64,000 nucleotides of DNA from sequence record OP380604.1; one strand, 5' to 3'. Below are positions 1 through 9,994 of this stretch, piece by piece. The notes under the pieces were generated by a model. It had not been told where the DNA came from. It worked only from the letters and a program-made list of their open reading frames with translations, and made no database searches. The translations under genes were made by a program, and so were the position numbers. How positions within the stretch are numbered: position 1 is the first letter of the stretch; each line of letters begins with the position of its first letter.

Positions 1-3000
1 ACTAACTCTTGCTCCGGATCCTTTCGGTCTAAAAACAACTTTCTTGGTTGAGTTCAACTCGCTAAACCAAGTTTTAACAGTTTCGTTTTCCGGAATTCCA
101 TATCCAAACGCATCAACTGATTGATTTGCGTTGAATGTTCCGATTAACTGTTCGTTATTATTGTTGTCGATCTGGTACAACTCAACATCAACGGAATTAA
201 ATGGTCTTTTATTTCCTACAAATCTCAAGTAGGCAGTATACCCACTCTTATTTATAGTAGTGAAAAGATCCATTTGATGCCCGTCAATAAACCATGAGTC
301 TTTCATTCTTCCTATTTGGAATTCTTCTCCTTTGGTTCCGTCCCATCCAAATATTCCTTCTTTCGCGTCAATCTCTGCGATTCTCACGTATTTAATTGCA
401 CCGAGTTCGTTTTCAATAACGGTGAAAGTAGGCTGCACGGTTGAATAATAAGAGAGATCGTAACGTCTGCTATTGCAGAGTTTTGTGCTACTGTCGATAA
501 GTTCAACGAGATAAATGTCGTTGTTATATCTTAATCCAGTTTCTCTTGCTCCGATAAGTTTGACGTATTCTGTTCCGTCCGGATTCCACGCTCCACTAAC
601 AGATTTCCCGTTCACATTTAACGTGACGTTATTCCCTGTTACTTTAACAAAGATGTCCAAAACGTCTCCCACTTTAGCTCCGGTTTTCAGCGTTACCCCG
701 GTATTCAATACTTTTTTGGAGTTATAAGAGAATACACGTATATCGCCAACGCTACCAAACTGATCAATGTTGATTGTACTTGTATCGTACTTATCGCCGC
801 TGATAATAGGATTAACAGAATCTCGCAATTCACCGACTTTACATTTTACCCTAATAGCCCAGTCTTTTGGATCTGGTTTCCATGCGTTTTCTACTAACAG
901 ATACCCTTTGTTCGTTGCATTGAACTGCGGTACCCATTGTAGTCTTGCATTTGTTTTCATGACAGGAGATTCTCTTTCGTCCAGCTTATATTCTTTGCCT
1001 TCGGTATTACTAATGATTGCGTGGGTGTATACCTCGCTCACATTAAGTCTACTAACAAAAACAGTCTCATTCGCTTTAGGACTAATTGTGCGAATGTAGA
1101 TTCCGTGATTATCTGTGGTCACGTTATAGCACAACGATCCCCTATTACGACCAGCCGGAAGACGTTTTATAACCGGAGCGTTACCGTCATGGGTATTAGA
1201 GTATCTTAGTTCATATTCCGTTTCTCCGGAAATATCAAAATCGATCCTCAACATCATTCCTTTCTTTGCGTCTATTTTAAGAACTGATCCACTCGGAGTT
1301 GTAGCGGTATTGAACTTATAAGACTTTGTATTCTGCTTCACAGCGGTAGTAAAGAAAGAAAAGTCATTTAGATTCACATTGGAATAAATTGTTCTGGACT
1401 TTCCTAATTCGTCTCTGATATAGTTGTTATATGCATCATAACGACTCACGTTATAATTTTTGTAATAACGATCATCGGCAGATCCGTCAAATGAGAGATC
1501 CCAGATATAGCCTTTGAAATACTCAATATTGTTATATCGAGCGCCAATTCGGTTTACTTGGTTTCCTTCTCTGATATAACCACAAATCAGATAGTCTGTG
1601 TTAGGAACAACTTTCATTCCGTTGGTATACGGCATGCCGTTAATAGTAGATACAACAATAGACCCGCCTACGTTAATAGAGTCCGCGCTATTAATATAGA
1701 TATAGCCGTATTTGTTATCTGTTTCGGTAGACGTTCTTCCTTCTAACACGTATTGGGCTTGTCCGGTTTTCTCATAGTTGAACTTAACTTGAAACTCTCC
1801 CGGGCCTTTCCACATGGGAATATCCGCGCATTGATTGACTCCATTGAATCCAGCGATTTGCTTGTTAATATCGATCCAGTCAACGTTGGTAACGGTTCCG
1901 TTTATTTTTGGCGATGTAACACATTCTATTCTGACTTTCATAGTCTTTGCGTTTTTACCAGCTTCTTCAACAATCCAAGCTCCCGACGTTGGAGACAGTG
2001 GATTTCTCAGTGCAAATTGACTTTGAGATTGTACCCAATCCAGTCTGGGGTTATCTAGCCACTTAGGTTGACATAGATATCGCTTATTAAGCTCTAGTCC
2101 GTGCGCCAACGTGTTTCCACCCGCATCTAGTATCGTGACATATACATCCGTGCTATCATCGCTTAGGCCGCCTGGCACAAGCTTTGACCCAGCTCCACAG
2201 TAAAGAGTGTTCGCGCTATCATCCGGCGTAACGTTATCGGCAAAGTATTCGATGCCGGACCAACGAGATTTTCCAGGAACTGTTCTTTTATCATCGAGTT
2301 GTCCAGGACGAACAAAGTTATAATAACGATCATTTGTTCCGTTTGTTCTTGTCTTATCAATCATATTAAGTTCATGAACGGAACCACGAATACGATGGAT
2401 ATATGTATTTCCTCGCTTTTCTGCTCCAACCGCGAAATGGGTTACTTGTCTAAACGGAGTTGTTGTTCCAATTTTAGGTTGCTCTACGCCGTCAATAAAG
2501 AATTGGACATTTGCTCCGTCAACAACAATTTTATATGTATATGGTCTACCATATTCAATTGTTGCTTTTGTGTCGGATCTCGCACCTGCGTAAAATAAAG
2601 AATGTGCTTCTCCGTCTGGATGATTAATGGTACGGATTCCCATCTTCAAACTACGATCTTCTTTTCCGTCGGTAACTCCACCCATTCCGGAACGCATCCA
2701 AGTTTCTCCGTTAACAGGATAATCATATGAAATAGTCTGGCTGATTTCAAATTTAGATCCTGGAATCCAATCTGGAATATCAAAATGTCCGTCTTGATTA
2801 AATTGAGGTAGCCATTCTTGATCCAATTCTTCATATGAATGAGTAATCAAATCTTGTCCTTTGGAACTCGCTACCCAGTTAGCAGAACTTTCGGCTGCAT
2901 TCGCATTCGCAGTAATAAAACCCCACTGACCAACAGTACCGTTTGAACGTTGTTTAACAACATCCGGCTTTTTGAGTTTAATCATAACATCGCGGATACC

Positions 3001-3924
3001 AATTTTTGCACTGCTATTTTTATTAGGATATCGGTATAGAGTCGCCTCTATTCTTGTACATGCAGCAGGAACAATCGCGCTACTTGTTCCTTTTTCCCAA
3101 GTTTCAACTCCTTTGGCATTAACGCTAAACGAGCTAATATATCTTGAGCCCGGATTTCCGGTTGCAGGAGGAATTGGGTCTCCCCAAAATTGAACAATCA
3201 ATGCGGAACCAGTTCCAACGGTGTGCGCTTCTTTTGATTTCCAAACTTCGGCATTTATCTCAATCATTTCACCCGGTTTAATATTCAACGATTGTGGCTT
3301 AGAGTCGAAATACTTAACCACTCCATATCCGGGTGTTTCAACAAATACCTCATTTTCTTCCCACGCGAGCATATCACCATAACCGGTAACACCAATGTCC
3401 GAGAATGTATCAAATACGACACATAGCTGGGCTTGCATTGTTGTTTTACCATGACCCATAAACTGTTCGGTCATGATCTTTTTCAGTGGACAATCAATAA
3501 TAGCGACATAAGAACTACGGTGAGTTCCCTTGTCTGGATTCCAATAATATTTCCAGCCAACACTTCCTATTTGGTCAAAATACGTGTTTAGCTTATCGTT
3601 GGTAACGTTTTCGGTATGACTCATTAGAAGAATAATACCCTTTGAAATTCCGTTTACCCAATTGATAAATCGATCTGTGTCCGTTGACACACTAAAATCA
3701 AACGTCATAGCGGTTGATTTGAAATCTTCTGTTAAATGAATGCAGTTTAAGCCCTTCAAATTTGAAGGGCTAAGGCTGACTCCATTTAGGGTGGCAACGC
3801 AAGTTCCCCCTGCGTTGCCTTGTTGACCCTTAATGATCAACTCGTTATCGCCAGAAAATGTTTCCGACAGATCACGCGCTTGTATACCCTGTTCAGTAAC
3901 ACGGGCAATAACTAATTCAGCCAT
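1..3924 (-). CDS. 35: Long tail fibre hinge gp35-like protein with large C-terminal extension (at least 1308 aa; 3' end outside window)
   Basis: ATG at 3924, 10 nt after the gene 34 stop; manual translation is open to base 1. N-terminal SSYVAII...VVFDTFSDIGVTG resembles T4 gp35 (VSYAAFY...VVFDSLEDVGATG); position matches gene 35. Confidence 0.8.
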   Translation of the reverse strand, partial: MAELVIARVTEQGIQARDLSETFSGDNELIIKGQQGNAGGTCVATLNGVSLSPSNLKGLNCIHLTEDFKSTAMTFDFSVSTDTDRFINWVNGISKGIILLMSHTENVTNDKLNTYFDQIGSVGWKYYWNPDKGTHRSSYVAIIDCPLKKIMTEQFMGHGKTTMQAQLCVVFDTFSDIGVTGYGDMLAWEENEVFVETPGYGVVKYFDSKPQSLNIKPGEMIEINAEVWKSKEAHTVGTGSALIVQFWGDPIPPATGNPGSRYISSFSVNAKGVETWEKGTSSAIVPAACTRIEATLYRYPNKNSSAKIGIRDVMIKLKKPDVVKQRSNGTVGQWGFITANANAAESSANWVASSKGQDLITHSYEELDQEWLPQFNQDGHFDIPDWIPGSKFEISQTISYDYPVNGETWMRSGMGGVTDGKEDRSLKMGIRTINHPDGEAHSLFYAGARSDTKATIEYGRPYTYKIVVDGANVQFFIDGVEQPKIGTTTPFRQVTHFAVGAEKRGNTYIHRIRGSVHELNMIDKTRTNGTNDRYYNFVRPGQLDDKRTVPGKSRWSGIEYFADNVTPDDSANTLYCGAGSKLVPGGLSDDSTDVYVTILDAGGNTLAHGLELNKRYLCQPKWLDNPRLDWVQSQSQFALRNPLSPTSGAWIVEEAGKNAKTMKVRIECVTSPKINGTVTNVDWIDINKQIAGFNGVNQCADIPMWKGPGEFQVKFNYEKTGQAQYVLEGRTSTETDNKYGYIYINSADSINVGGSIVVSTINGMPYTNGMKVVPNTDYLICGYIREGNQVNRIGARYNNIEYFKGYIWDLSFDGSADDRYYKNYNVSRYDAYNNYIRDELGKSRTIYSNVNLNDFSFFTTAVKQNTKSYKFNTATTPSGSVLKIDAKKGMMLRIDFDISGETEYELRYSNTHDGNAPVIKRLPAGRNRGSLCYNVTTDNHGIYIRTISPKANETVFVSRLNVSEVYTHAIISNTEGKEYKLDERESPVMKTNARLQWVPQFNATNKGYLLVENAWKPDPKDWAIRVKCKVGELRDSVNPIISGDKYDTSTINIDQFGSVGDIRVFSYNSKKVLNTGVTLKTGAKVGDVLDIFVKVTGNNVTLNVNGKSVSGAWNPDGTEYVKLIGARETGLRYNNDIYLVELIDSSTKLCNSRRYDLSYYSTVQPTFTVIENELGAIKYVRIAEIDAKEGIFGWDGTKGEEFQIGRMKDSWFIDGHQMDLFTTINKSGYTAYLRFVGNKRPFNSVDVELYQIDNNNNEQLIGTFNANQSVDAFGYGIPENETVKTWFSELNSTKKVVFRPKGSGARVS

Positions 3925-3934
3925 TTGGCCTCCG

Positions 3935-6900
3935 TTAACTAATCCATACGAAATCAACAGATCTGGTTGTTGCGTTTGGTCTGATTTCCAAGAACTCGCC
4001 GTTACCGACTTCAATTCTCAGACGTTTAACTGTTAGCAATTCTTTGATAGTCACATCACCGTTTGCTGTAATAGCTTGCGGAGACGTAATAATCAATTCA
4101 CCAGTCATGTTGTCACCTTTCTTATTTACGCGACTATCAGCAGACTTGGTAACATCATCAACGAGAGTATCGACGTAATCCTTCCGAGTTAAATCGTTAG
4201 GATCTTTTGGTGCAGTTGCCAAAGATTTAACTTGACTTGCAACTGTCATTACGCCGTTTGTGTCAATAGATGTTTGATTGGTAGCATCTGTCATTGAACG
4301 AGGACGCAATCTCAGAGTTCCGTTTGAACCAATAGCAAGTGTTCCGTCTGGATGGGCATACAATCCAGCTTTTTCGGAATCCGGACCAACTTTAATGCTG
4401 AATGCGTTGCCGGCGCCAGCACTAAACGTTGTGTTATTCTGGAATGTCTTGAAACCGGTAATAGTTTCAGCAAAGTTTCCAGTCTTGCGCATATAACGAT
4501 TTTCGGTATAATCCCAACGTGTCAAATGATTAGCGTTAGTTGGATCTTGTCCGCCGTTCAATACATGATTAAAGAAAGATGTTGTTCCGTCACGCGCTAT
4601 TAGCTGACGAATACTAAACACGTCTCCAACTGTAGAACTTATTTGGAATGCACCGTCAAGTGTGTGAACTCCAGCATACCAGCCGTTAGTATTTGTGTTG
4701 TTTTTGAAAGCAATCGCGGTATCTTGTGCGCCGTCTGTTGCTCTAAGTTCCAGACGTACAACTTTGGCTCTTTCGATAAGAGGACTTTCTTTGAAAGTCA
4801 TGAAGCCTGTAATAGTCTGTGCGACGGTACGACGAATCCAATCATCCGCTTTTACTCTTGTTCCGTCTGCGGTGTCCATAGAACGTGAACTTTCAGCAAC
4901 ACCGAGAATAGGCAAATAATGAGACAACGCGGTATTCAATGCTCTTGGACTAACAACGATATTATCATTTGCGTAGTTGCCAATAGGACGAGTTGATCCC
5001 TTAATATCATCACCTTGCCAAACTGTATTTGCGCTTGCGTCATTTGCCAACACACACATCATACCAACACCATAGCGACTTTCTGACATTCTGTGATTTG
5101 CGCTTGTGCGAATTGAATCAAGTACACGAATTGGAGTCATAGCTCTGGTAGCGTCGGTGCCTGCGTCCGATTCTGCTTTAGTTGCAATCTCAATAATACC
5201 AGTCAAAGTCTCACTGGCGACTCTGGCATTAAGCTTTTTCGGCGTAATAACAGCATCGTCGATTGGATTGATCATTGTGTTGCTTTCTGCTTGGGTAGCT
5301 ACTCGCAATGATCCGCGTTGTGTTTCTGTTGCTAGTTTAATATCAAACTTTTGGCCTTTCCAAATCGTTCCGTCTGTAGCCAAACCACTTGACTCTTCAA
5401 CTGTCAGTCGTGTGCCGTCTAGCCATACTTTGTTTGTCAGTGGAGTGATAAAGTAGCGATCATGCAAAACACCGGCATCAACTTCTGCTTGAGTTGCGGT
5501 TTCTGCCAGACCCCAGCGAGTTTCGTTTGCTGTGCGTTTAACAATCGCGTCCGGTGTAACGTGAACGTTATCTCCAGTTGGAGGAGTGTTAGAACTCATT
5601 TCAGCATCGGTAACAGCTCTTGACAGTCCGGTTAGTGATGTAGTAGCTTGTCTACCATGTAGAGTCTTAGCAGTAACGAACAGAGGACCGTTCGCGTGAT
5701 TATCTGTGCCTGCGTTAGCTTCTGCTTGAGTTGCGGTGAATCCCATACCCTGTGAGGTATCAGTTGCTACTTTCTCAAACAGAGTTTTTGGTGTTACGTA
5801 GCGGTAATGTTCATCGAAATCATGAACACCAACACCCTTTGTTCCACGCTCTGCTTGTTTTGCACCGGCTTGGATTACTTGATAAGTAATACCGGTTTGG
5901 GTTTCGGTTGCTTTACGTCCGTCAAGAACTTTTGGAGTAATTGCAGTCTGTGCCCACATTTCACCGGTTCCGCTCATAGCGTTAGCTTGTGCTTGAGTCG
6001 CTACAGTCATGACACCGCGCATTGTCTCGGTAGCCAGTCTGTTGTTGACTTTTTCTGGAGTCATGATAACTCCGTTCCAAGCCTCGTTGTTGCCAGAAGT
6101 TGCTTTACTTTCGGCGTCAGTTGCGATACGAGCGATACCGCGCATTGTCATTGTAGCGATTTTGTTTGCCAATGTTTCTGGTGTAACAAATGCTTCACAA
6201 TCGCGATTTTGTCCGGCACTAATTTGTTCTTTGTTTTTGTTCACTTCCGCTTGGTTAGCGATTGCAGCTAGACCAACAAATGATGTATCATTGCGATCAA
6301 CACGGAAAGGAACAGGAGAGTTGGTAATCAACACCCATGTATCAAGTCCAGTGTTCAGTGCATTTCGGAAGTAAGTGAATTCCCACTGGTGAGAACGTCC
6401 GTCAATAGTAAATGTCTCTGACTTAGTTGTGAACTTAGTTAGATCTTTTACGATATCACGATATTTTGTGACATAAGGAGTTGACAAAGCGTTATCATCT
6501 GGTACAATGTAGTCATTAGCTTGTGCATCCGGAATCTTGAGAACAATCTTAGAACCCTGTACCATATAGCTTGTATCAATGATGAAACTATCACCGTTTG
6601 ATGCATCCTGTGGGAAAGTAACTGTGATTGTATCTGTTGATTTCGCAGCATGAACTGCCAATTTTTCGCCAAGAATCGCGGTGTAATTGGACTCAATCAT
6701 GTTCCAACGAACTGCTTTATCTCCTTCGAAAATTCTCCACTGATTTGTGCGAGCGTCGAAGATGAAATAACCCCATCCAGTTGTGTCGGATTTTACCGAG
6801 TCAACAGGAGTTGCTCCAACTTCGGTCAAAATTTTATGTCCGCTGTTTGGATAAACAAACAACTCAGTTTTGGTTACTGGGTTTAATCCGTCCAAGTCAT

Positions 6901-7645
6901 AAGTGACAATTGTATCGCCGTGATTAGCATAGCGTGGCAAACGAATACGAATACCGCCACCGTACTGAGTTTCACGAACAAGATGATCACCAACTTTAGC
7001 ACGGAACCAGTTTTCTCCTGGAATATAGCTTGACGAACTAACGTAAGTTCTGTTATGCTCTCCAGGTGACCAAACTTGAGCTACCCACTCGGTACCATTG
7101 TAAATGAAAACAGTGGTTGACCCAGCAAGGGTAATGCGATATGTTGGATGTCCGTTGATGTTTTTACCGTTACCGTTAACAACGATTTCATAATCGTGTG
7201 TAGCGAATCCGTTATCTTTGATAACCACGGTATCACCAGCAGCAGGAATACCGTTTGCGGCATCGAACGGCATAGTGTATACTGAGTTTGCACCAACAAC
7301 TTGGGATAGGATGTATTCACCCTGACGAACGTTGCCCTGCAAGTTAGCGGTAGAAGTAACAACTCTCCAAGATGGGTCAACGCGAGTTGCTTTCCACTTG
7401 TTGAGATTGAATGCTTCTGGTGCGGTAATTGCTACTTGACTGATATAGATACGGTCATTGTATACTACTGCGAAATCTTTTGGATATGTTCTGCTCGGAC
7501 TATGAGGTTGAATTGTGTTTTCGTAGATAAAGAAATCAACGTTAACGCCGTCTCCACCGAATGACTTGTCCGGGTAGCCGAAGTTTATAGCGCGTTTACC
7601 AGCAGCATCCAAACCTGCCGTTGCGCGAAGTGGTTGTAAAGCCAT
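3935..7645 (-). CDS. 34: Long tail fibre proximal subunit gp34
   Basis: 1236 aa; ATQAExxAG-type repeats, LTRKDYVD motifs; divergent from rnh as in T4. Confidence 0.93.
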   Translation of the reverse strand: MALQPLRATAGLDAAGKRAINFGYPDKSFGGDGVNVDFFIYENTIQPHSPSRTYPKDFAVVYNDRIYISQVAITAPEAFNLNKWKATRVDPSWRVVTSTANLQGNVRQGEYILSQVVGANSVYTMPFDAANGIPAAGDTVVIKDNGFATHDYEIVVNGNGKNINGHPTYRITLAGSTTVFIYNGTEWVAQVWSPGEHNRTYVSSSSYIPGENWFRAKVGDHLVRETQYGGGIRIRLPRYANHGDTIVTYDLDGLNPVTKTELFVYPNSGHKILTEVGATPVDSVKSDTTGWGYFIFDARTNQWRIFEGDKAVRWNMIESNYTAILGEKLAVHAAKSTDTITVTFPQDASNGDSFIIDTSYMVQGSKIVLKIPDAQANDYIVPDDNALSTPYVTKYRDIVKDLTKFTTKSETFTIDGRSHQWEFTYFRNALNTGLDTWVLITNSPVPFRVDRNDTSFVGLAAIANQAEVNKNKEQISAGQNRDCEAFVTPETLANKIATMTMRGIARIATDAESKATSGNNEAWNGVIMTPEKVNNRLATETMRGVMTVATQAQANAMSGTGEMWAQTAITPKVLDGRKATETQTGITYQVIQAGAKQAERGTKGVGVHDFDEHYRYVTPKTLFEKVATDTSQGMGFTATQAEANAGTDNHANGPLFVTAKTLHGRQATTSLTGLSRAVTDAEMSSNTPPTGDNVHVTPDAIVKRTANETRWGLAETATQAEVDAGVLHDRYFITPLTNKVWLDGTRLTVEESSGLATDGTIWKGQKFDIKLATETQRGSLRVATQAESNTMINPIDDAVITPKKLNARVASETLTGIIEIATKAESDAGTDATRAMTPIRVLDSIRTSANHRMSESRYGVGMMCVLANDASANTVWQGDDIKGSTRPIGNYANDNIVVSPRALNTALSHYLPILGVAESSRSMDTADGTRVKADDWIRRTVAQTITGFMTFKESPLIERAKVVRLELRATDGAQDTAIAFKNNTNTNGWYAGVHTLDGAFQISSTVGDVFSIRQLIARDGTTSFFNHVLNGGQDPTNANHLTRWDYTENRYMRKTGNFAETITGFKTFQNNTTFSAGAGNAFSIKVGPDSEKAGLYAHPDGTLAIGSNGTLRLRPRSMTDATNQTSIDTNGVMTVASQVKSLATAPKDPNDLTRKDYVDTLVDDVTKSADSRVNKKGDNMTGELIITSPQAITANGDVTIKELLTVKRLRIEVGNGEFLEIRPNATTRSVDFVWIS

Positions 7646-7675
7646 TGCGTTACCTCGTTTTGTGTGTTATGCTAT

Positions 7676-7683
7676 TATTTAGT
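7676..7683 (-). promoter_or_regulatory. T4-type late promoter (ACTAAATA) for gene 34
   Basis: TATAAATA-like box about 30 nt upstream of the gene 34 start. Confidence 0.65.
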
Positions 7684-7723
7684 AACAAGCTTATAAAAAG
7701 CAGCACCTTTGAAAAGGAGAAAC

Positions 7724-8644
7724 ATGAGTTTAGCACAGTTTATGGATGAAGCTGATAGCCAAGGATTCTGCATCTTTGACTTTAGCCAAATCGCTATTGC
7801 AACAATCATGCAAACATATGAGCCGACTGATAAGATTGATGCCAATCTGGTCCGTCACCTCATTCTAAGTTCGTTGAAATACAACGTGCTTAACCGCAAG
7901 CAAGAGTATCCTAATATCATCATTGCTGTGGATAACAGTGCTGACGGTGGATACTGGAGACGTCAAAAATATTACTTCTATAAGAAGCATCGAGAGAAAG
8001 ATCGCAAAGAGTCCGATTGGGATTGGGAGTCAATTTTTGACAGTATTAAAACGGTAGCGTATGAACTCCGTGAAAACATGCCGTACAAAACTTTGATCTT
8101 GCCTCATACCGAAGCAGATGATATTATCGGTGTTCTGTGTAAGTATCTGGATGAAAAATTCCCTGATGCTCCGGTGTTGGTAGTATCTTCCGATGGCGAT
8201 ATGACACAAACACAACGTTACAAGAACGTTAAACAGTGGAGCCCAGGTCAGAAGAAGTGGGTCAAACCCAAAGAAGGCACTTGGCGCAAAGATCTGATTA
8301 CCAAGATCATCAAAGGTGATAGTGGTGACGGTATTGCTAACATCAAGTCGCGTTCTGATTTTATTCTCACAAAACTTGACGGCGAGCGTCAGAAGTCAAT
8401 AAGCTCTAAGCTGTTGGCGCAAGCGTTTGAAGAGAAAGACCCGTCCGTTCTGTTTACAGGTGACGAGTTCACACGTTATAATGAGAACCGTGAATTAGTT
8501 GACTTTGAAATGATTCCTGATAACATTCGCCAAGCGATTATCAATGAGTTTGAGACAATCAAAGTCCCAGGTCGTAGCAAGATTTACCCATATTTCGTGA
8601 AGAAAGCAATCAAAAAACTGCTTGACCACGTAAACGAGTTTTGA
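7724..8644 (+). CDS. rnh: RNase H / 5'-3' exonuclease
   Basis: EADDIIG, SSDGD and GDSGDGI motifs; SD AAGGAG before ATG 7724; synteny. Confidence 0.95.
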   Translation: MSLAQFMDEADSQGFCIFDFSQIAIATIMQTYEPTDKIDANLVRHLILSSLKYNVLNRKQEYPNIIIAVDNSADGGYWRRQKYYFYKKHREKDRKESDWDWESIFDSIKTVAYELRENMPYKTLILPHTEADDIIGVLCKYLDEKFPDAPVLVVSSDGDMTQTQRYKNVKQWSPGQKKWVKPKEGTWRKDLITKIIKGDSGDGIANIKSRSDFILTKLDGERQKSISSKLLAQAFEEKDPSVLFTGDEFTRYNENRELVDFEMIPDNIRQAIINEFETIKVPGRSKIYPYFVKKAIKKLLDHVNEF

Positions 8645-8680
8645 TAAGATAAACGAACTTAATAACAGAGAGAACTGAAA

Positions 8681-8968
8681 ATGACTACTGAAAAGAAAGC
8701 AAAAAAGCCGAAAGTTGAATTTAACGTTAACGCGCATTCTGAGCGTCTGGCAGAAATGATTCAAGAAGCCGAAGGTCACTTGACCCAGATCGAATCTTTC
8801 AAAGAAAAGATCAAAGAGATTCGCGACGGTGCTAAGGCTGAACTTGGTCTGGAAGGTAAAGAGTTCAACAAAATGCTGAAAATCTACTTCAAGCGTGAGC
8901 GCGATCAAGTAGAAGCTGAGAACGACGAGATTCTGGAAAAGTACGACGCTGCTTTCCCGCGTAAGTAA
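8681..8968 (+). CDS. dsbA: Double-stranded DNA binding protein
   Basis: 95 aa, AKAELGLEGKEFNKMLKIY; rnh-dsbA-33-59-32 synteny. Confidence 0.9.
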   Translation: MTTEKKAKKPKVEFNVNAHSERLAEMIQEAEGHLTQIESFKEKIKEIRDGAKAELGLEGKEFNKMLKIYFKRERDQVEAENDEILEKYDAAFPRK

Positions 8969-8975
8969 GGATATC

Positions 8976-9206
8976 ATGGCAGAGATCAGTAAAATTGATT
9001 TCAGCATGAAAGTGGAAGAGAGGGCTCGCGAAAAGGAGCTCTCCCTTATCGAATCTTGCTTAGAAATCGCCGAAGAAATGGATATTGATCCGAACGATAT
9101 TCCAAAGTATATTTATCCAGCGTTGAAGGATAAAATCGAAGAAGAAGGAATTGAGAGTCGGACAATTAAACCCACTCATAATGCAACGTTGGCATTTTTA
9201 GAATGA
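8976..9206 (+). CDS. 33: Late transcription coactivator gp33
   Basis: 76 aa acidic protein, IPKYIYPALKDKIEEE; synteny. Confidence 0.88.
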   Translation: MAEISKIDFSMKVEERAREKELSLIESCLEIAEEMDIDPNDIPKYIYPALKDKIEEEGIESRTIKPTHNATLAFLE

Positions 9207-9850
9207 TTGAACTGGTGTTACCGCCCAAGCCGAAAATGATGATCAACGGCATTAGTGTATATCGTCTTTATCTGACGCTTAAAAATCACTTTGCTGGTAA
9301 GTATGACATTCTCAAGTACCAGTGGGCTCCTATCAGGGCATCCGAACAAAGTTTCGTCAAACATCGTAGTCGAGCTATCTACGAAAGATTAGCAAAAAAG
9401 TTTACTCTTGGTGAACTAGCTGCTATTATGACTGTGAACTTTGCAGCGAACCCAGACGCTTGGAGCGGTGACATTGCTAACGCTGATGCCGTTACGTTCT
9501 ATCGTACTGCACTCGGTCGCTATGAGCGAATGAGTTCGGTGTTTAAAGAAGAAGTAGAACAAATGTTTTACTTTGCCCGTAAAAAGGACATGAGATTCAA
9601 GGATCTGATTTACTCAACAAACGGGCAGCCATGGATATTCAAGTTTGTTCAAACTGGTACAATCAGTTATGAAACAATGATTATTCTCGATTCTTTGTTT
9701 AGATTCGTTGATAGTTATGATACACTTGAAGACCATGTATGGGCTAACGGTTACGCGGCTAGAATTAAAGCCTATCGCCAACTGACGCTCATAAATAAAG
9801 AACAAGCGAAAGCTTGTTTTATCGAGATAGCTAATCAAAACAAGCTATAA
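9203..9850 (+). CDS. 59: Helicase loader gp59
   Basis: VYRLYLTLKNHFAGKYD motif; synteny. Confidence 0.93.
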   Translation: MIELVLPPKPKMMINGISVYRLYLTLKNHFAGKYDILKYQWAPIRASEQSFVKHRSRAIYERLAKKFTLGELAAIMTVNFAANPDAWSGDIANADAVTFYRTALGRYERMSSVFKEEVEQMFYFARKKDMRFKDLIYSTNGQPWIFKFVQTGTISYETMIILDSLFRFVDSYDTLEDHVWANGYAARIKAYRQLTLINKEQAKACFIEIANQNKL

Positions 9851-9871
9851 CATAAATCTGAGGAATATATT

Positions 9872-9994
9872 ATGAAGCATACCAACCAAACTAAATCAAA
9901 CTGTAAAACTGATAAAAGGAAAAACTGTAATGTCTATTTTCAAGCGCAAAGACCCGTCCCAACTGCAACAACAACTGGCTGCCTTCTCTGCTAA
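9872..9994 (+). CDS. Putative 40-aa upstream ORF overlapping the gene 32 start out of frame
   Basis: CTGAGGAA SD 7 nt before ATG 9872; below the ORF-track size cut-off. Confidence 0.3.
   Translation: MKHTNQTKSNCKTDKRKNCNVYFQAQRPVPTATTTGCLLC
9881..9929 (+). promoter_or_regulatory. Gene 32 A-rich leader, candidate autogenous translational operator
   Basis: G-poor leader with four AAACT units directly before the gene 32 ATG; T4 gp32 represses its own A/U-rich leader. Confidence 0.5.

Noticed and set aside
515-3193. Short plus- and minus-strand ORFs in the track at 515-3193
   Set aside because: They are antisense or out-of-frame shadows of the continuous gp35-like ORF.
5100-6300. Repeats in gene 34 as a CRISPR or tandem DNA array
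   Set aside because: They are degenerate protein-level fibre repeats (ATQAE..AG), not DNA repeats with spacers.
7709-7723. TTG start extension of rnh
   Set aside because: The SD AAGGAG lies inside this stretch and points to ATG 7724.
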